A stretch of DNA of 63,112 nucleotides, counting the filler, from Octopus bimaculoides (taxonomy: Eukaryota): NCBI RefSeq assembly GCF_001194135.2. It is 5 parts of 5 records of this genome, joined end to end, with 100 filler letters (N's around TTAATTAATTAA, not from the genome) between each part and the next. Parts side by side here need not be neighbours in the genome. Positions count along the whole stretch, not along the records: positions 1 to 28,251 come from NC_068983.1; 4 more parts are not named here. One strand, written 5' to 3'. The notes below the pieces were generated by a model. The model did not search any database. It saw only the letters and a program-made list of their open reading frames with translations, and was not told where the DNA came from. The number at the start of each line of letters is the position of its first letter. Position 1 is the stretch's first letter. Below, piece by piece: positions 11,601-23,244 of this stretch. A program made the position numbers and the translations under genes.

Positions 11601-13013
11601 CGTCTGTACACATTTCGTCCATGAAATGTAATTTATCACTTGTCAGACCAAGCGCAATTTTTGCTGTTTTACGTAACCCCGGTTTCCCGAATTTTCTCTA
11701 TGTATCAGCACTTATGATTGAAATATCACTACCCGTATCCAACTGTAGTTTGATATTTACACCATTTATTTTCACGTGTACGAATTTTCATGCTGTTGTG
11801 TCGTATTCACTTTCTGCTGAAATCACCTTAGAACTTTTTGCGTTCGACCTTTGTAATCTTATCCTGCAGTGTGAGCTCTTGTGACCAAGTTTCTGACAGC
11901 TATAGCATTTTCGGTTTTTAAACGAAGACTACTTTCTCAAGTGTGGGCCTCTACATCTGTAACATGGATTGGGCCTGGCACTCTTTTTTGGTCGTACTTT
12001 CCGGGTCGACACATCTGTATTTTTGCGAAATCTTTCTTTTGAATTTTTTTCACGTCGTGCTTCAGGTTTACCATTGTTTGACATTCTCCTGCAATGGTTG
12101 GTAGGATTAAGTCTTGCTCCATTTTTGAGAGAATCCTTGCCCGAATTTTCCTATCTTCGGTTGCCGTAAGGCCTTGTACGAAGATAAGGGATTTAATCAT
12201 ATCCTGAATGAGTTCTTGAAGTTTAAAGTTTTCACACATACAGCTGACTACTCCGGCGTATGTAATAAAGTCGTCATCGTCATTTTTTGTTAAGTTCCAT
12301 CACTCCATTCGAGTGATAAATAATGGACTTTTGTCACAATAGTTTCTTTGAAACAAATCTCATTCGACTTTTTGGGCAGGATAGAGTTACAATAGCGTTC
12401 ATGTTTGGCTGGAGCCACTTTGCGTAGTAATAGCTTCACTTTCTCCTCATCCGACCATTACTTGCAATCTTTGCTAAAAATTTCCTCGTATTTTCTATAG
12501 TACGCAGGAAACGTAATACCGTCCGGATTATGAGCGAATTCAGAAATCGAGTTCACACGCCGTCTGGGTCAAATGAACTTACCGAATTTTCGGACTTCCT
12601 TGACTGTAATTCAATTAACTGTTGTTGTTGTTGTTGTTGTTGTTGTTTTGCTTCTGCAACTCCTGTAGTTGTTCCTGTTGCTTCTCTTGAAGCTGTATTA
12701 CTGCAGCTAATAGTTTCTCCATAATTTAACAATTTGTATGACGCACAAATCGTCAAATAACCTACGTAAGCTTCGAAAAATCCTCGTCACCAGATGTTAT
12801 ATCCTTACGTTTCCAATATCGTAGTACGGTTGATATTGTCGACGATAGATAAAGAATACACTGCAATAGTGTTATAACAATACAAAATAGAAACAGCAGC
12901 AGTAACAAACACGCAATGAGCCAATAAGCTTTTACGAACCAACAATCAATATTTCCAACACACTAACTCGAGCTGTAAACTGTACCTGAACTTCGAAGAC
13001 CAAATTACGAACT
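8610..13013 (-). mobile_element. Ty3/Gypsy LTR retrotransposon (Mag-like), degenerate
   Basis: LTRs at 8610-8883 and 12795-~13013, both truncated at the outer end. PBS TGGTGACGAGGA (12781-12792), PPT AAAAGGGGAGA next to 8883. Gag with two CCHC knuckles (~11875-11960), protease LQLDTGSDISII (~11714-11751), RT YLDDILI (10639-11148), RNase H SDASEYGIGAVL, integrase HHCC (9687-10250). Multiple stops and frameshifts. Confidence 0.93.
12781..12792 (-). promoter_or_regulatory. Primer binding site, tRNA-Ser(GCU)-like
   Basis: TGGTGACGAGGA lies 2 nt inside the 5' LTR, one mismatch to the complement of the tRNA-Ser(GCU) 3' end (TGGCGACGAGGA); tRNA sequence recalled, not searched. Confidence 0.65.
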
Positions 13014-13394
13014 GATTTCTTTTATTGAGCACTCAGGTTCGATAAAGAGGGGACAATACAAGGACAGACAACACAGCACAGTGGAGTACATACAATATAT
13101 AACGAAGGAATGAAATTTATGAATTATAATGAAGAAAATGAAAGATGAAATGTCTTACCTGCTCCCCACTCGCAGGCAGTGTCATTTAACTGTCTATGGA
13201 TAACGTTTAAAAAACAGTTCTTTTTTCTTTTTGCATCTTTTTTTTTTAAATCACTATTAATTTTTAAACTTTTTACTCCCTTTTCCTTTTTTTTTATCAC
13301 ACTAGGTACTGCGTCAACTCATTGAATTCCACCACTGGTGGCAATTCATCAAATTGAATCTGCAGTCCCGTTATCTCTATTTTATTTCCAAATA

Positions 13395-13779
13395 GTGGAG
13401 GCGCAATGACCCAGTGGTTAGGGCAGCAGACTCGCGGTCATAGGATCGCGGTTTCGATTCCCAGACCGGGCGTTGTGAGTGTTTATTGAGCGAAAACTCC
13501 TAAAACTCCACGAGGTTCCGGCAGGGGATGGTGGCGAACCCTGCTGTACTCTATCACTACAACTTTCTCTCACTCTTACTTCCTGTTTCTGTTGTGCCTG
13601 TAATTCAAAGGGTCAGCCTTGTCACACTGTGTCACGCTGAATATCCCCGAGAACTACGTTAAGGGTACACGTGTCTGTGGAGTGCTCAGCCACTTGCACG
13701 TTAACTTCACGAGCAGGCTGTTCCGTTGATCGGATCAACTGGAACCCTCGACGTCGTAAGCGAAGGAGTGCCAACAACA
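13395..13779 (+). mobile_element. tRNA-derived SINE (head shared with the 21914 copy, different 3' body)
   Basis: GTGGAGGCGCAATGACCCAGTGGTTAGGGCAGCAGACTCGCGGTCATAGGATCGCGGTTTCGATTCC head with A/B boxes; ends in CAACAACA. Confidence 0.75.
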
Positions 13780-13799
13780 TTTCCAAATAGCTCTTTTAG

Positions 13800-15110
13800 T
13801 TTCTCACCCCTCGCTCTATCAAACAGGATTGCTTTGCTGTTTTCGTCGAACTCGTTCGGTGCTAATCTCACCCTAATTGCAGATTTTATTTTCGTAATCT
13901 TCATCTCAATTTCAACACTTTTTTATATTCTATCAAATTCCATATATGTTTCCCCTTCTCTATTCCTTCCTGTCTTCCATTCTTGGTCTCCTCTGATGTT
14001 ACTGGCATTGGTAGCTCTTTCTTCTCTGTAGCTTTTTCATTCGATGCTGCTGGCATCTCCCGTCTTTCTTCCTTTCGTTTCTGTAAATTCACATTCTCCT
14101 CCGCGCTGGCTCCCTTTGATGTTGTTGGTCTCTCACACTGAACCACCTCTGCGCCTGTTTTTTTTTCTTTTTTTTAGCGGACTCTTTGGTGGTGAGTCTG
14201 CGTTTCCCTCTCTCTTCTTTCTTTTCACCACCGTATATTGCTCCTCTTCATTCTTTGTACTCTTTTCGCAGTCTGGTTTTTGCTCCTCGATATTTTGCTC
14301 CTTTTCCTCTCCCTGCTGCTCCTGTTCCATCAAATCATTGCGCTTCTGGGGCACCTTGCCTTCATGTATACTCGTACTCCGCACTGGTAGCAGATGGGAA
14401 GTCTTCCCTCCATCACCACACTTAATCTCACTCCCTCCGGCAGTATGACTTCTTCTGAAATTTTATGTAAATCCTGTAAAATTACCTGGACCACCACCTC
14501 GAGGCCGTATCCCCGCCAGTTTACCCCAGTTATTCTTGTCACTTTTAAAACTTTCGCTTCTTCCTCTGTTTTATACAAAATAGCCACCAGCCACGTCTCA
14601 TCAATCTCCAGGGATACTCTGCCAGTCCTTACTCTGGACACACGTTTGCCACAGTAGGTTGGCAGTAGTACCCACTCTGATGACCTTAACACCACAGTGT
14701 AGTGTTTTATCGCGTCTTGTTCACTCGCGAACCTTACCTCCACTGTACCGTATTTTTCCCCCTGGTATAGAACGTCGTAAGGCCTTTTATCGCTTTCAAA
14801 CACTCTTCCAGTGATTCTACCGTCGCTATTTCAATTTTTTTCGTTTCCGTGGACAGCGTTCTATACACTCCAGTCCGCTTAGTTGCAATCTCTGTCACAT
14901 CTTGCGGCGGGGTAAACCTCAGGCTGGTACTGTCCTTTTTGATTAGTTTGTTAAACTGCTTCACCTTCTTTTCTTCCAGTTTAACCCCTCGAACCTGTAG
15001 AACGTCTGCAGTTAAGCTTCTTTCAGTTGCGGCAGCATAGCTGCCGACTGGTTCGCTTTCAATCGTTCCCTTTCTTACTACTTCACCCATAAATGGGGAA
15101 GAAAACACAT
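13800..15110 (-). mobile_element. LINE (L1/Tx1-like) ORF1 remnant
   Basis: Overlapping ORFs 14734-15192, 14330-14803 and 14133-14384 include SYAAAT, a degenerate knuckle CYQCGVRVYMKARCP and a basic YTVVKRKKR tail, typical of gag-like ORF1. Confidence 0.55.
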
Positions 15111-15138
15111 ATAACAGGCAAAAATAACAGCAATGAAC

Positions 15139-15189
<51 letters not shown>

Positions 15190-15199
15190 CAAGACTTAC

Positions 15200-15517
15200 C
15201 TTCCCCTTTCATATAAAGGTAAAAAAAACTTGATATGTCTCCCTTGTATTCGAACGAATTAGATTGTATCAGATGTCTGTAGAAAGTTACAAGCATAGCT
15301 TTTGGGTTGCGGTTTATATATATAATTTTGTGACCCTTCAGCAATTCCGGAGGAAGAAGTTCAATAGGAAGGTGTGAGTTTAAGAATCGTGGAGATTCAG
15401 CAGCTTCAAGTGTTTCCATTGGGGCCATTTCTATAAGCAAGTCTTCTTTTATAGCGGAAACTCTTTCACAACTTCCTTTCAGTATCATAGTTACTATTTC
15501 AAACATCCAATGGGACC
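15200..15517 (-). CDS. SULT-like gene, copy B, coding exon 2
   Basis: Acceptor TTTCAG|GG at 15518 and donor G|GTAAGT at 15199; 318 nt, phase 1 to 1. Translates (G)SHWMFEIVTMILKG...ESPRFLNSHLP...KIIYINRNPKAMLVTFYRH...YMKGE, which includes the SULT SHLP catalytic His and the RNPK 3'-phosphate motif. Confidence 0.92.
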
Positions 15518-15544
15518 CTGAAATTAATACAATATAAACATATA

Positions 15545-16264
15545 GGGGGTTCTTATAAGGTTGTTATCCACCCCTGATTGGAACTCTCCCGTATGACATG
15601 TACGCATGCTCAGTGACTTGCTTTAACAGCTGCAATCAGCTGAATGCACATTGCCAGTGACCTTTGACATAATTACCCACACTCTGTGGTCAGGATTCTT
15701 TTTTTGGTTTGATGTCGGTATCGAAGGGATTACCAGACACCGGACAATACAGTGAGAGCAGCTTTCACTCACATCGTGGTATTCGATGCTGTGTACGTAT
15801 CTGTCGTGGTAAAATATGCCATTCCTTAACTGTTGCTTTGCTTTCATCCGTAGCACGAGGTAATTATGTCATTATCTGTGAAATTCGGCAACTTACAAAG
15901 ATCAAGCAATACTTCACCGAGAGGAGATATAAGCTTCTGCTTATTTCTGTCTGAAGTATCGTCCGATACTTCAGACTTATCGTCCGATAAATTTACTTTG
16001 TTGACATTCTTCATCGACAGAATTTTTATACCTTTCAACCTTTCAATCAAGTCCGCCTTTCTTCCAGTAACATACTGTCCATATAATCTTAAATATTTCT
16101 TTAACTCAGGCACAGTAAGTACTTCGATAGCTGAATCATCAAGCTGCTTTATATCCATGATAAGACGTAAAACAACAACAATGGTGTGGGTAGTCTGCGG
16201 AAGTTTAATTGTCTACATGGAGCGCCGCCTAGCCAAGGGAGATAACCTACTTATAGGAAAGCCC
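15545..16264 (-). mobile_element. 720-bp non-autonomous TIR DNA transposon encoding a SAP + SWIM fragment (ISL2EU/Kolobok-associated type)
   Basis: Imperfect ~30-bp TIRs (GGGGGTTCTTATAAG.. / ..CTTATAGGAAAGCCC) flanked by TATA on both sides (15541-15544, 16265-16268). SAP domain LTVPELKKYLRLYGQYVTGRKADLIERL, then (frameshift) HRVWVIMSKVTGNVHSADCSC, a SWIM-type motif. Confidence 0.75.
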
Positions 16265-17428
16265 TATAGTTTTATTTGAGTGTTAACAAAATATACTGAC
16301 ATGTCTATGAAATTTTATTGGAATATTTCGTTTTACAATGGCCTTTCGAAAAGTGGAAATTTATATAAAAATAAAAATAAGAAATAAGTGGAAATTTTAC
16401 CGGTGGGTATGTTAAATTTTAAGGCACAATAAGAAAATGACTCTCCCCAGACACAACAGAAATTTATATTATTATCTATTTGATAAACTCTTAGTTTCTA
16501 GAATCATGTTCCTTTTTATTTTGGGATACACACCTAAGAATGTGGAGTAAACTTGATAAAAGGTAACTGAAGTTAATTAAATACATTACCATGTAACATA
16601 TGATGTTATGTTACAGGTGTGTAAGTACACAAAATCTTGCAGTGTTTAAGATTGAAGAAGAACGAGTTAAGATAGATATCATGTCAGAATGGATTATCCT
16701 AATATATTGTGTTATATGCTGTGTGAAGAAGTGTATTATTAACCTCGGGTACATTTTTAAATATTAATGTACCGGAGTACATTTCCAAGACACGTGCACA
16801 CACAGAACAAAAGGAAGAGAAAATGTCTATGAGCGCTTGTATAGCTGTATGTGCATGAGAGTGTGTATTTAGAGGAGTGTGTATGTGTGTGTATGTAAGT
16901 AGTTATCCGAACGTATATGCTTATGTGTATTGTAAAACACTATAGGACAGTTTACCATTTATCAATAAAACAGAGAATATAATGTGTGACTATCCATTGA
17001 TTCTCTGTAATGCAAGATGATAAGAATCAATTATTTTGGTATATATGATCATGTGTTGTTCAATAGATCATGAATTTCATAGCTTCCCTCTCACTCATGA
17101 AGTCCTTGTACTTGGCATTTAACTAATTATATATAAAGGGAGCTAAGTGCTTTGTATACAACAACGAAAATCACACTCACACAAACACACTAGGCCGTTT
17201 AGCTGATTGAATCTTCCATTACAAAATCAATATTTTCCAAACCAAAGATGGAAAATACCTGATATGCAGTCAAATCTTCAAAATATGTTGTATTGTCTTT
17301 AAAAAAATTCCTCTTTGATCATATATCTGCTACATTACAGACGAACTGGAGCTAAAAACAATAACAGCAACAACAAAAGAATTATTCCTAAAAACTAAGA
17401 AGTAGGCAGCAATATTGCAAGGAAAATA

Positions 17429-17645
17429 GGACGGCGAACTGACAGAGTCGTTAGCGCGCTGGGCAAACTTCTTAGCGGCATTTCATCCGTCTGTGCATTC
17501 TGAATTCAAATTCCACAAGGTTGACTTTACCTTTTACCCTTTCGAGATCGACAAAGTAAGTACCAGTTGAACACCGGAGTCGATGCAACTGACTTGTGCT
17601 CTGCCCCAAAATTGCTGGCTTTGTGCCAAAATTTGAAATCAATAT
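17429..17645 (+). mobile_element. tRNA-derived SINE family 1 (octopus OK/OR-like), in SULT intron 1
   Basis: Matches the family motif GTTCTGAGTTCAAATTCC..GAGGTCGACTTTGCCTTTCATCCTTTCGGGGTCGATAAA..AAGTACCAG seen many times in this window. Confidence 0.75.
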
Positions 17646-17816
17646 TGCAAGTGAAATGAACTACTTTATTCTATTACTTGCCAATAGCATTTGAGGATTG
17701 AACAAATATTTTTTTTAGCGTAAACACCATCACATTTGCTTTACGCATCGATAAATTACATAATGACGCATGAGATACAAAAATGTAGTTTAAGAAATCA
17801 TATTGTAAAAACTTAC

Positions 17817-18015
17817 CTGCTCCAGGATATGAATACATCAAAATATCGTCGGGTCTAAATTTTATTGTGTTTACTTTTGGTATGGCGGATAGTATCATTG
17901 GTACACAAAGCATACTGTAGCCTTTATAATTATAAACAGGCATCGGATTCCCGTCTTTTCCATAGAATTGAACGTAAGTACATTCACTTTCATCTTTTAG
18001 TTCTTTCGAATCCAT
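17817..18015 (-). CDS. Cytosolic sulfotransferase (SULT)-like gene, downstream copy B, coding exon 1
   Basis: Translates MDSKELKDESECTYVQFYGKDGNPMPVYNYKGYSMLCVPMILSAIPKVNTIKFRPDDILMYSYPGA+G. This matches the SULT N-terminal 'F(E/R)xRPDD...YP' motif. The exon ends at a G|GTAAGT donor (intron starts 17816), phase 1. Confidence 0.88.
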
Positions 18016-18438
18016 TACTGTTGTAGTTGTTGTTGCTGATGTTGTTGCTGTGGTAGTTTTTGTTTGAGTTTTTGCTCTTGTTGTTGTTGTTGCCACTTCT
18101 TTAGCGTCTATTTTCTCAATAAATTCCTAAAATAAGCTTCTGTCGTTCCTTGCAATCTGTGACAAATTAACCGTTCGTGAAAGTTCGCTACAGAAAAATG
18201 TAGTCTACCCCAGCTATTTACATTCTTGTATGTTGGCTGCATAAATAGAAAGTTTATTTATTCAAAATCTATGTCAATGGTTTTGAATTTAGATAAACAT
18301 TTTATAAATGGTTCTCAGTTTACAGGAGCTGTTCTGATAAAAAATTTTTAAAAAACAAAGTAACAGGTTTAAAGTTCATGCTAGTTATCATCACATGAGG
18401 CGACAACACGGCGGTTATATGGTATCTAGAATATGGAT

Positions 18439-18510
18439 TAGAGCAGTGGTACATGACATAGAGCAGTGGTACATGACATAGAGCAGTGGTACATGACATA
18501 GAGCAGTGGT
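18439..18510 (+). repeat. 20-bp tandem repeat (TAGAGCAGTGGTACATGACA x3.6) at hAT left terminus
   Basis: Directly visible. Each unit contains the first 7 nt of the TIR (CAGTGGT at 18444, 18464, 18484, 18504). Confidence 0.9.
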
Positions 18511-20800
18511 TTTCAACCAGGGTTCCGCAGAAGTTACATAAATGTTAAAATCGACAGTAACTTTTAATTTTCCTGTGCAGATATGTGTGTACATGTTAGG
18601 CCTACGTGTACATCTACGAGTTGCACGCCAGCGTAGATGACCCTGATCCTTGGTGTGTAGATGTACGAGCACATTTACGAGTTTCATGCCAGCTTAGATG
18701 ATGATTTAGTTGTCTTTTGTAAAATACGAGTGACTATATTTGGAAGAAATATTTTAACTGCGTAAGCCATTTAGGTATTGTTGTTAATCCGCCTTTTAAC
18801 AGATCTTAAGCTTTTTAAAAGGCGTTTTAGTAATTTTTTTTCTTGTATGATGTCTATTAGTATTTAGTCAAATGTTAAGATTAAAAAATTCGAAAGAGAG
18901 TTGAATTACATATGTAGAAACAAAATAAGAAATAGGGAAACGGATACTAAATTATAAGATATGTAAATATGCATAAATATTAACTCCTTACAAATTTCTA
19001 AATTAGAACAATGAACAAATAAACGACATTTTAAATTCAAATCCGAAAATCTATTTTATTATTATATGCATATTGTTTAAATATAATCAAATACTTATTA
19101 CTAAAAATAAAAATAAAAACATTAATAAAAAAAGCTAAATTTTTCATCAGTAAACTCGCTACACTTTAAAGATCATTTTGCCCTACCACTATTAGGTTTG
19201 CTTTTATATATATACAATTCTGCTTACAGCCTTACAAGTATGGATAAATTTCTGAAAAAACGTAAGTTAGATACAGATGAAGAGACGCAGGGTCTGAGGC
19301 AGTNNNNNNNNNNNNNNNNNNNNNNNNNNNNNNNNNNNNNNNNNNNNNNNNNNNNNNNNNNNNNNNNNNNNNNNNNNNNNNNNNNNNNNNNNNNNNNNNN
19401 NNNNNNNNNNNNNNNNNNNNNNNNNNNNNNNNNNNNNNNNNNNNNNNNNNNNNNNNNNNNNNNNNNNNNNNNNNNNNNNNNNNNNNNNNNNNNNNNNNNN
19501 NNNNNNNNNNNNNNNNNNNNNNNNNNNNNNNNNNNNNNNNNNNNNNNNNNNNNNNNNNNNNNNNNNNNNNNNNNNNNNNNNNNNNNNNNNNNNNNNNNNN
19601 NNNNNNNNNNNNNNNNNNNNNNNNNNNNNNNNNNNNNNNNNNNNNNNNNNNNNNNNNNNNNNNNNNNNNNNNNNNNNNNNNNNNNNNNNNNNNNNNNNNN
19701 NNNNNNNNNNNNNNNNNNNNNNNNNNNNNNNNNNNNNNNNNNNNNNNNNNNNNNNNNNGAGTGACAAAGGACAAGAAGTAAGTTATGCTGTGGCGGAGAT
19801 AGTTGCAAGAAAACTGAAATCTCATACCATCGATGAAACTGTAATTTTACCTGCATGCCAGGAAATAGTGAGGATAATGTTTGGAGAGGATGCTGTATCA
19901 GAGCTAAATAAAATTCCACTTTCTGACAACACAATAAGTAAGGCGCATTCAAGACATGTCAGGAGACATTGAGTGCAATATTAAGTCAAAAATACTGAAA
20001 CATAATTTTTTTGCACTTCAAGTTGATGAGAGTACAGACATCACTGGTAAAGCACAGCTCCTTGTATTTGTTTGTTTTATTAATGATGAAGCTATTGTAG
20101 AAGACTTCCTGTGTTGCAAAGAGTTGCCAGAAACAAGAAACGGACAAGATGTATTTGATGTTTTGAATTTATATTTAGAGTATTGTGGATTGAACTGGAA
20201 AATCTGTGTTGGTATTTGTACAGATGGTGCCCCTGCAATGGCAGGATGTCTTAAAAGCTTTGTCCCAATCGCACAAAAGCAAAATCCAAATATTATCCAT
20301 ACTCATTGTTTCATTCATAGAGAAGCACTAGTTGCTAAAACTCTTGGACCTGAACTAAAATCTGCATTGGATATGGTAGTGAAAATAGTTAATTACATCA
20401 AGATGAGGCCACTTAAATGTCGACAGTTTGCGAAATTTTGTGTAGGTATGGAAGCAGACCATTCCACCTTAATCCATCACACAGAAATACGATGGTTGTC
20501 AAGAGGAAAAGTATTGTCTCGTTTTTACGAATTAAGAGAAGAGTTATTGACCTTTTGTTTGCAAGAAAACCTGAAAGACTTTGTAGAATGTTTGAGTGAT
20601 GACCATTGGTGTCCTAAGTTAGCATATCTTGCCGATATATTTCATGAGCTAAACCTCTTGAACAATGGCATGCAGGGCAGGAACGAAAATATCTTGTTTT
20701 CTACTGACAAAATAAATACTTTTCAGAAGAAATTAACAATATGGAAGAAACACATAGCTTTAGGAAATATAACTGTCCATAATATATTTTCGTCTCTTCA
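18504..20800 (+). mobile_element. hAT/Buster (Charlie/ZBED5-like) DNA transposon, 3'-truncated, frameshifted transposase
   Basis: Left TIR CAGTGGTTTTCAACC. ORF from MDKFLKKRK (~19239) across a gap, then FALQVDESTD, CTDGAPAM, IHCFIHREAL, TEIRWLSRGK, LAYLADIF (19956-20888). No right TIR seen. Confidence 0.9.
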
Positions 20801-21205
20801 AATTTACCTTATGCATTTTACTAATCTGAATTCCATTTCAATTTCTTTAGTAAATCATTCTTCTCTATGCGGCAGTGTTTCTCCATAAGTTTCTTTGAGT
20901 AAAAAGAATTACAAGATACGCGTGACAAATCTATGATTCAACTGCTCAGAGAATAATGTTGCATAGTACACATGGCTTCATAGAGAATTGGGTCATACAT
21001 AAATCTCGAAATATTACATTAAATATACAATATTAAAGAAGAGAACTTTAAAATTAATAAAACATCCAATCACCATAAATATTTATATTCTTTTATTTGA
21101 GTTTATTCAATGATGACTACAATATAAGAACGCGGGTTTTAAATAAGTTTTTGAACAACTAAAACCTATGATTTATAATCACTTACAATGTTCTTTTCCT
21201 ATGCT

Positions 21206-21211
21206 TTTATT
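21206..21211 (-). promoter_or_regulatory. Candidate polyadenylation signal (AATAAA) of SULT copy A
   Basis: AATAAA on the minus strand about 90 nt downstream of the TGA. The region is AT-rich, so a chance match is possible. Confidence 0.3.
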
Positions 21212-21297
21212 TCATTAATAAGCCGATACAAATTTTCATATTAAGACTAAAATTTTCAGCTAGTACAAAACACTTTTTTTAAAAATCAGTGAATACT

Positions 21298-21404
21298 TCA
21301 AAAGTTGAATTTAATTTCTCGATCAGAGAATTCCGATTGAATCTTCGCATCCATTTTTTCATTCTGCTCAACGGTCAACCATTTTTTCCATGTATCTACG
21401 ACAC
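21298..21404 (-). CDS. SULT-like gene, copy A, terminal exon 5
   Basis: Acceptor TATTTCAG|GT; translates (G)VVDTWKKWLTVEQNEKMDAKIQSEFSDREIKFNF-TGA, matching the SULT C-terminal 'G..G.WK..FT..QNE.FD'. Phase is compatible with exon 4. Confidence 0.9.
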
Positions 21405-21555
21405 CTGAAATAACATGAAAAAATGTATATAAAAATAGACAGACAGACAGACAGACAGATAGCTATACTATACATATGTGTGAGTGTGAGTGTATAAACA
21501 TACATGTGTACATATATATAGATATACACACACCCACATGTGGACATATACACAC

Positions 21556-21598
<43 letters not shown>

Positions 21599-21608
21599 NN
21601 NNNNNNNN

Positions 21609-21659
<51 letters not shown>

Positions 21660-21913
21660 CTAGACATGCAACTAAATGCATGAGAATACACACATACATA
21701 AAGCAAAGCAAACAAATCTGCACAAGCACTGACTCCAAATATTGCACATATACACACAAAAATGCACAAATAAATTGCTGGTGTTGTTTAAAATTACAAT
21801 GGAGGAGCCTTGGATCTAGGTTAGGAACTGGCTCTTTCTGTACTGACAGGAAATTTAGAAATAAAATTAAATAACATACATACATACATACATACATACA
21901 TACATACATACAT

Positions 21914-22310
21914 GTGGAGGTGCAATGGCCCACTGGTTAAAGCAGCGGACTCGCGGTCGGAGGATCGCGGTTTCGATTCCTAGACCGGGCGCTGTGTGTG
22001 TTTATTGAGCGAAAACGCCTAAAGCTCCACGAAGCTCCGGCTTATAGTGAGGATGAAATGGATTGAACAACTGAATCTAAGATTTAAAGTTGTTTTTACA
22101 TGAAATATATTCCGGCAGTGGCGGGGTGGCGACCCTGTTATACTCTTTCGCCCCAACTTTCTCTCACTCTTTCTTCGTGTTTCTTGAGTAACGCTGCGAT
22201 GGACTGGCGTCCCGTCCAGCTGGGGGGAACACATACGCCATAGAAACCGGGAAACAGGGCCCATGAGCCTGGCTAGGCTTTAAAAGGGCGCATAAATAAA
22301 AAAGAAACAT
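21914..22310 (+). mobile_element. tRNA-derived SINE with V-domain-like core
   Basis: Same head as 13395; core CTGCGATGGACTGGCGTCCCGTCCAG resembles the V-SINE domain; A-rich end; 69-bp internal insert flanked by TCCGGC (22036-22041, 22111-22116). Confidence 0.72.
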
Positions 22311-22341
22311 ACATACATGCAAACATACACACATATACACA

Positions 22342-22373
<32 letters not shown>

Positions 22374-22411
22374 TTCACGCACGCACGCACGCACACACAT
22401 GCATACACACA

Positions 22412-22443
<32 letters not shown>

Positions 22444-23211
22444 TAGTCAGTGGACTCTCCTATAGTAGACAACACATGCGGCTTCCGCAAATTTTTGACG
22501 AAGAACCTGCACAGACGATTTGTTTATAGTGATCAAATGTTTGTGCTGTACATTGGCTCACTTATCAACGTTCGATAATGTGTTTGGCTCCACGTGCCTC
22601 TTGATCAGAGAATGGATACCACGATCCCGCAATCATGGGTGTAACACCCTAACTACTATGCATGTATGTATGTATGTATGTATGTATTTACGTATATATT
22701 CAAATTTATTTGAGATTTTATTATTTGTTTTGACTTCTGGAATTTTTTTAATTGGCTACAGTTGTCAAGTATTTGATGTATTTTATTCTGCTTTATACGA
22801 TCTTTGATATAATATATGAAATAGAAAAGGGCAAAGTAAAACTAATTCTTTCTGGCAACGGCTGTCTTGACAATTTTATTTTATGTATGATTTATAATGA
22901 GATTCTGGTCAGTGCTGACATAAAGAATGATGTATTTACACATAACACGCTGATATACACGCTGAAAAATTTCGCATATTTCTTCATATATACACAAGCA
23001 CACACATTCATCTCTGTCTATCTATCAGTTTCTCTCACACCCCCTCTCTTTCTCTCTCACGCTCACTCTACCTCATTCGCTCTCTCTTTATTATGTATAT
23101 ATGTATGTATATATTTATACATACATACAGAAACGTGTGGAAGTATAAATACATACATGTATCTATATACATTTATATATTTGAGTACTAGTACATACAT
23201 CTATATATATT

Positions 23212-23244
<33 letters not shown>

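Noticed and set aside
13141-13200. GGAGCAG|GTAAG donor resembling the end of SULT exon 1
   Set aside because: The upstream sequence does not encode SULT-like peptide and there is no open exon.
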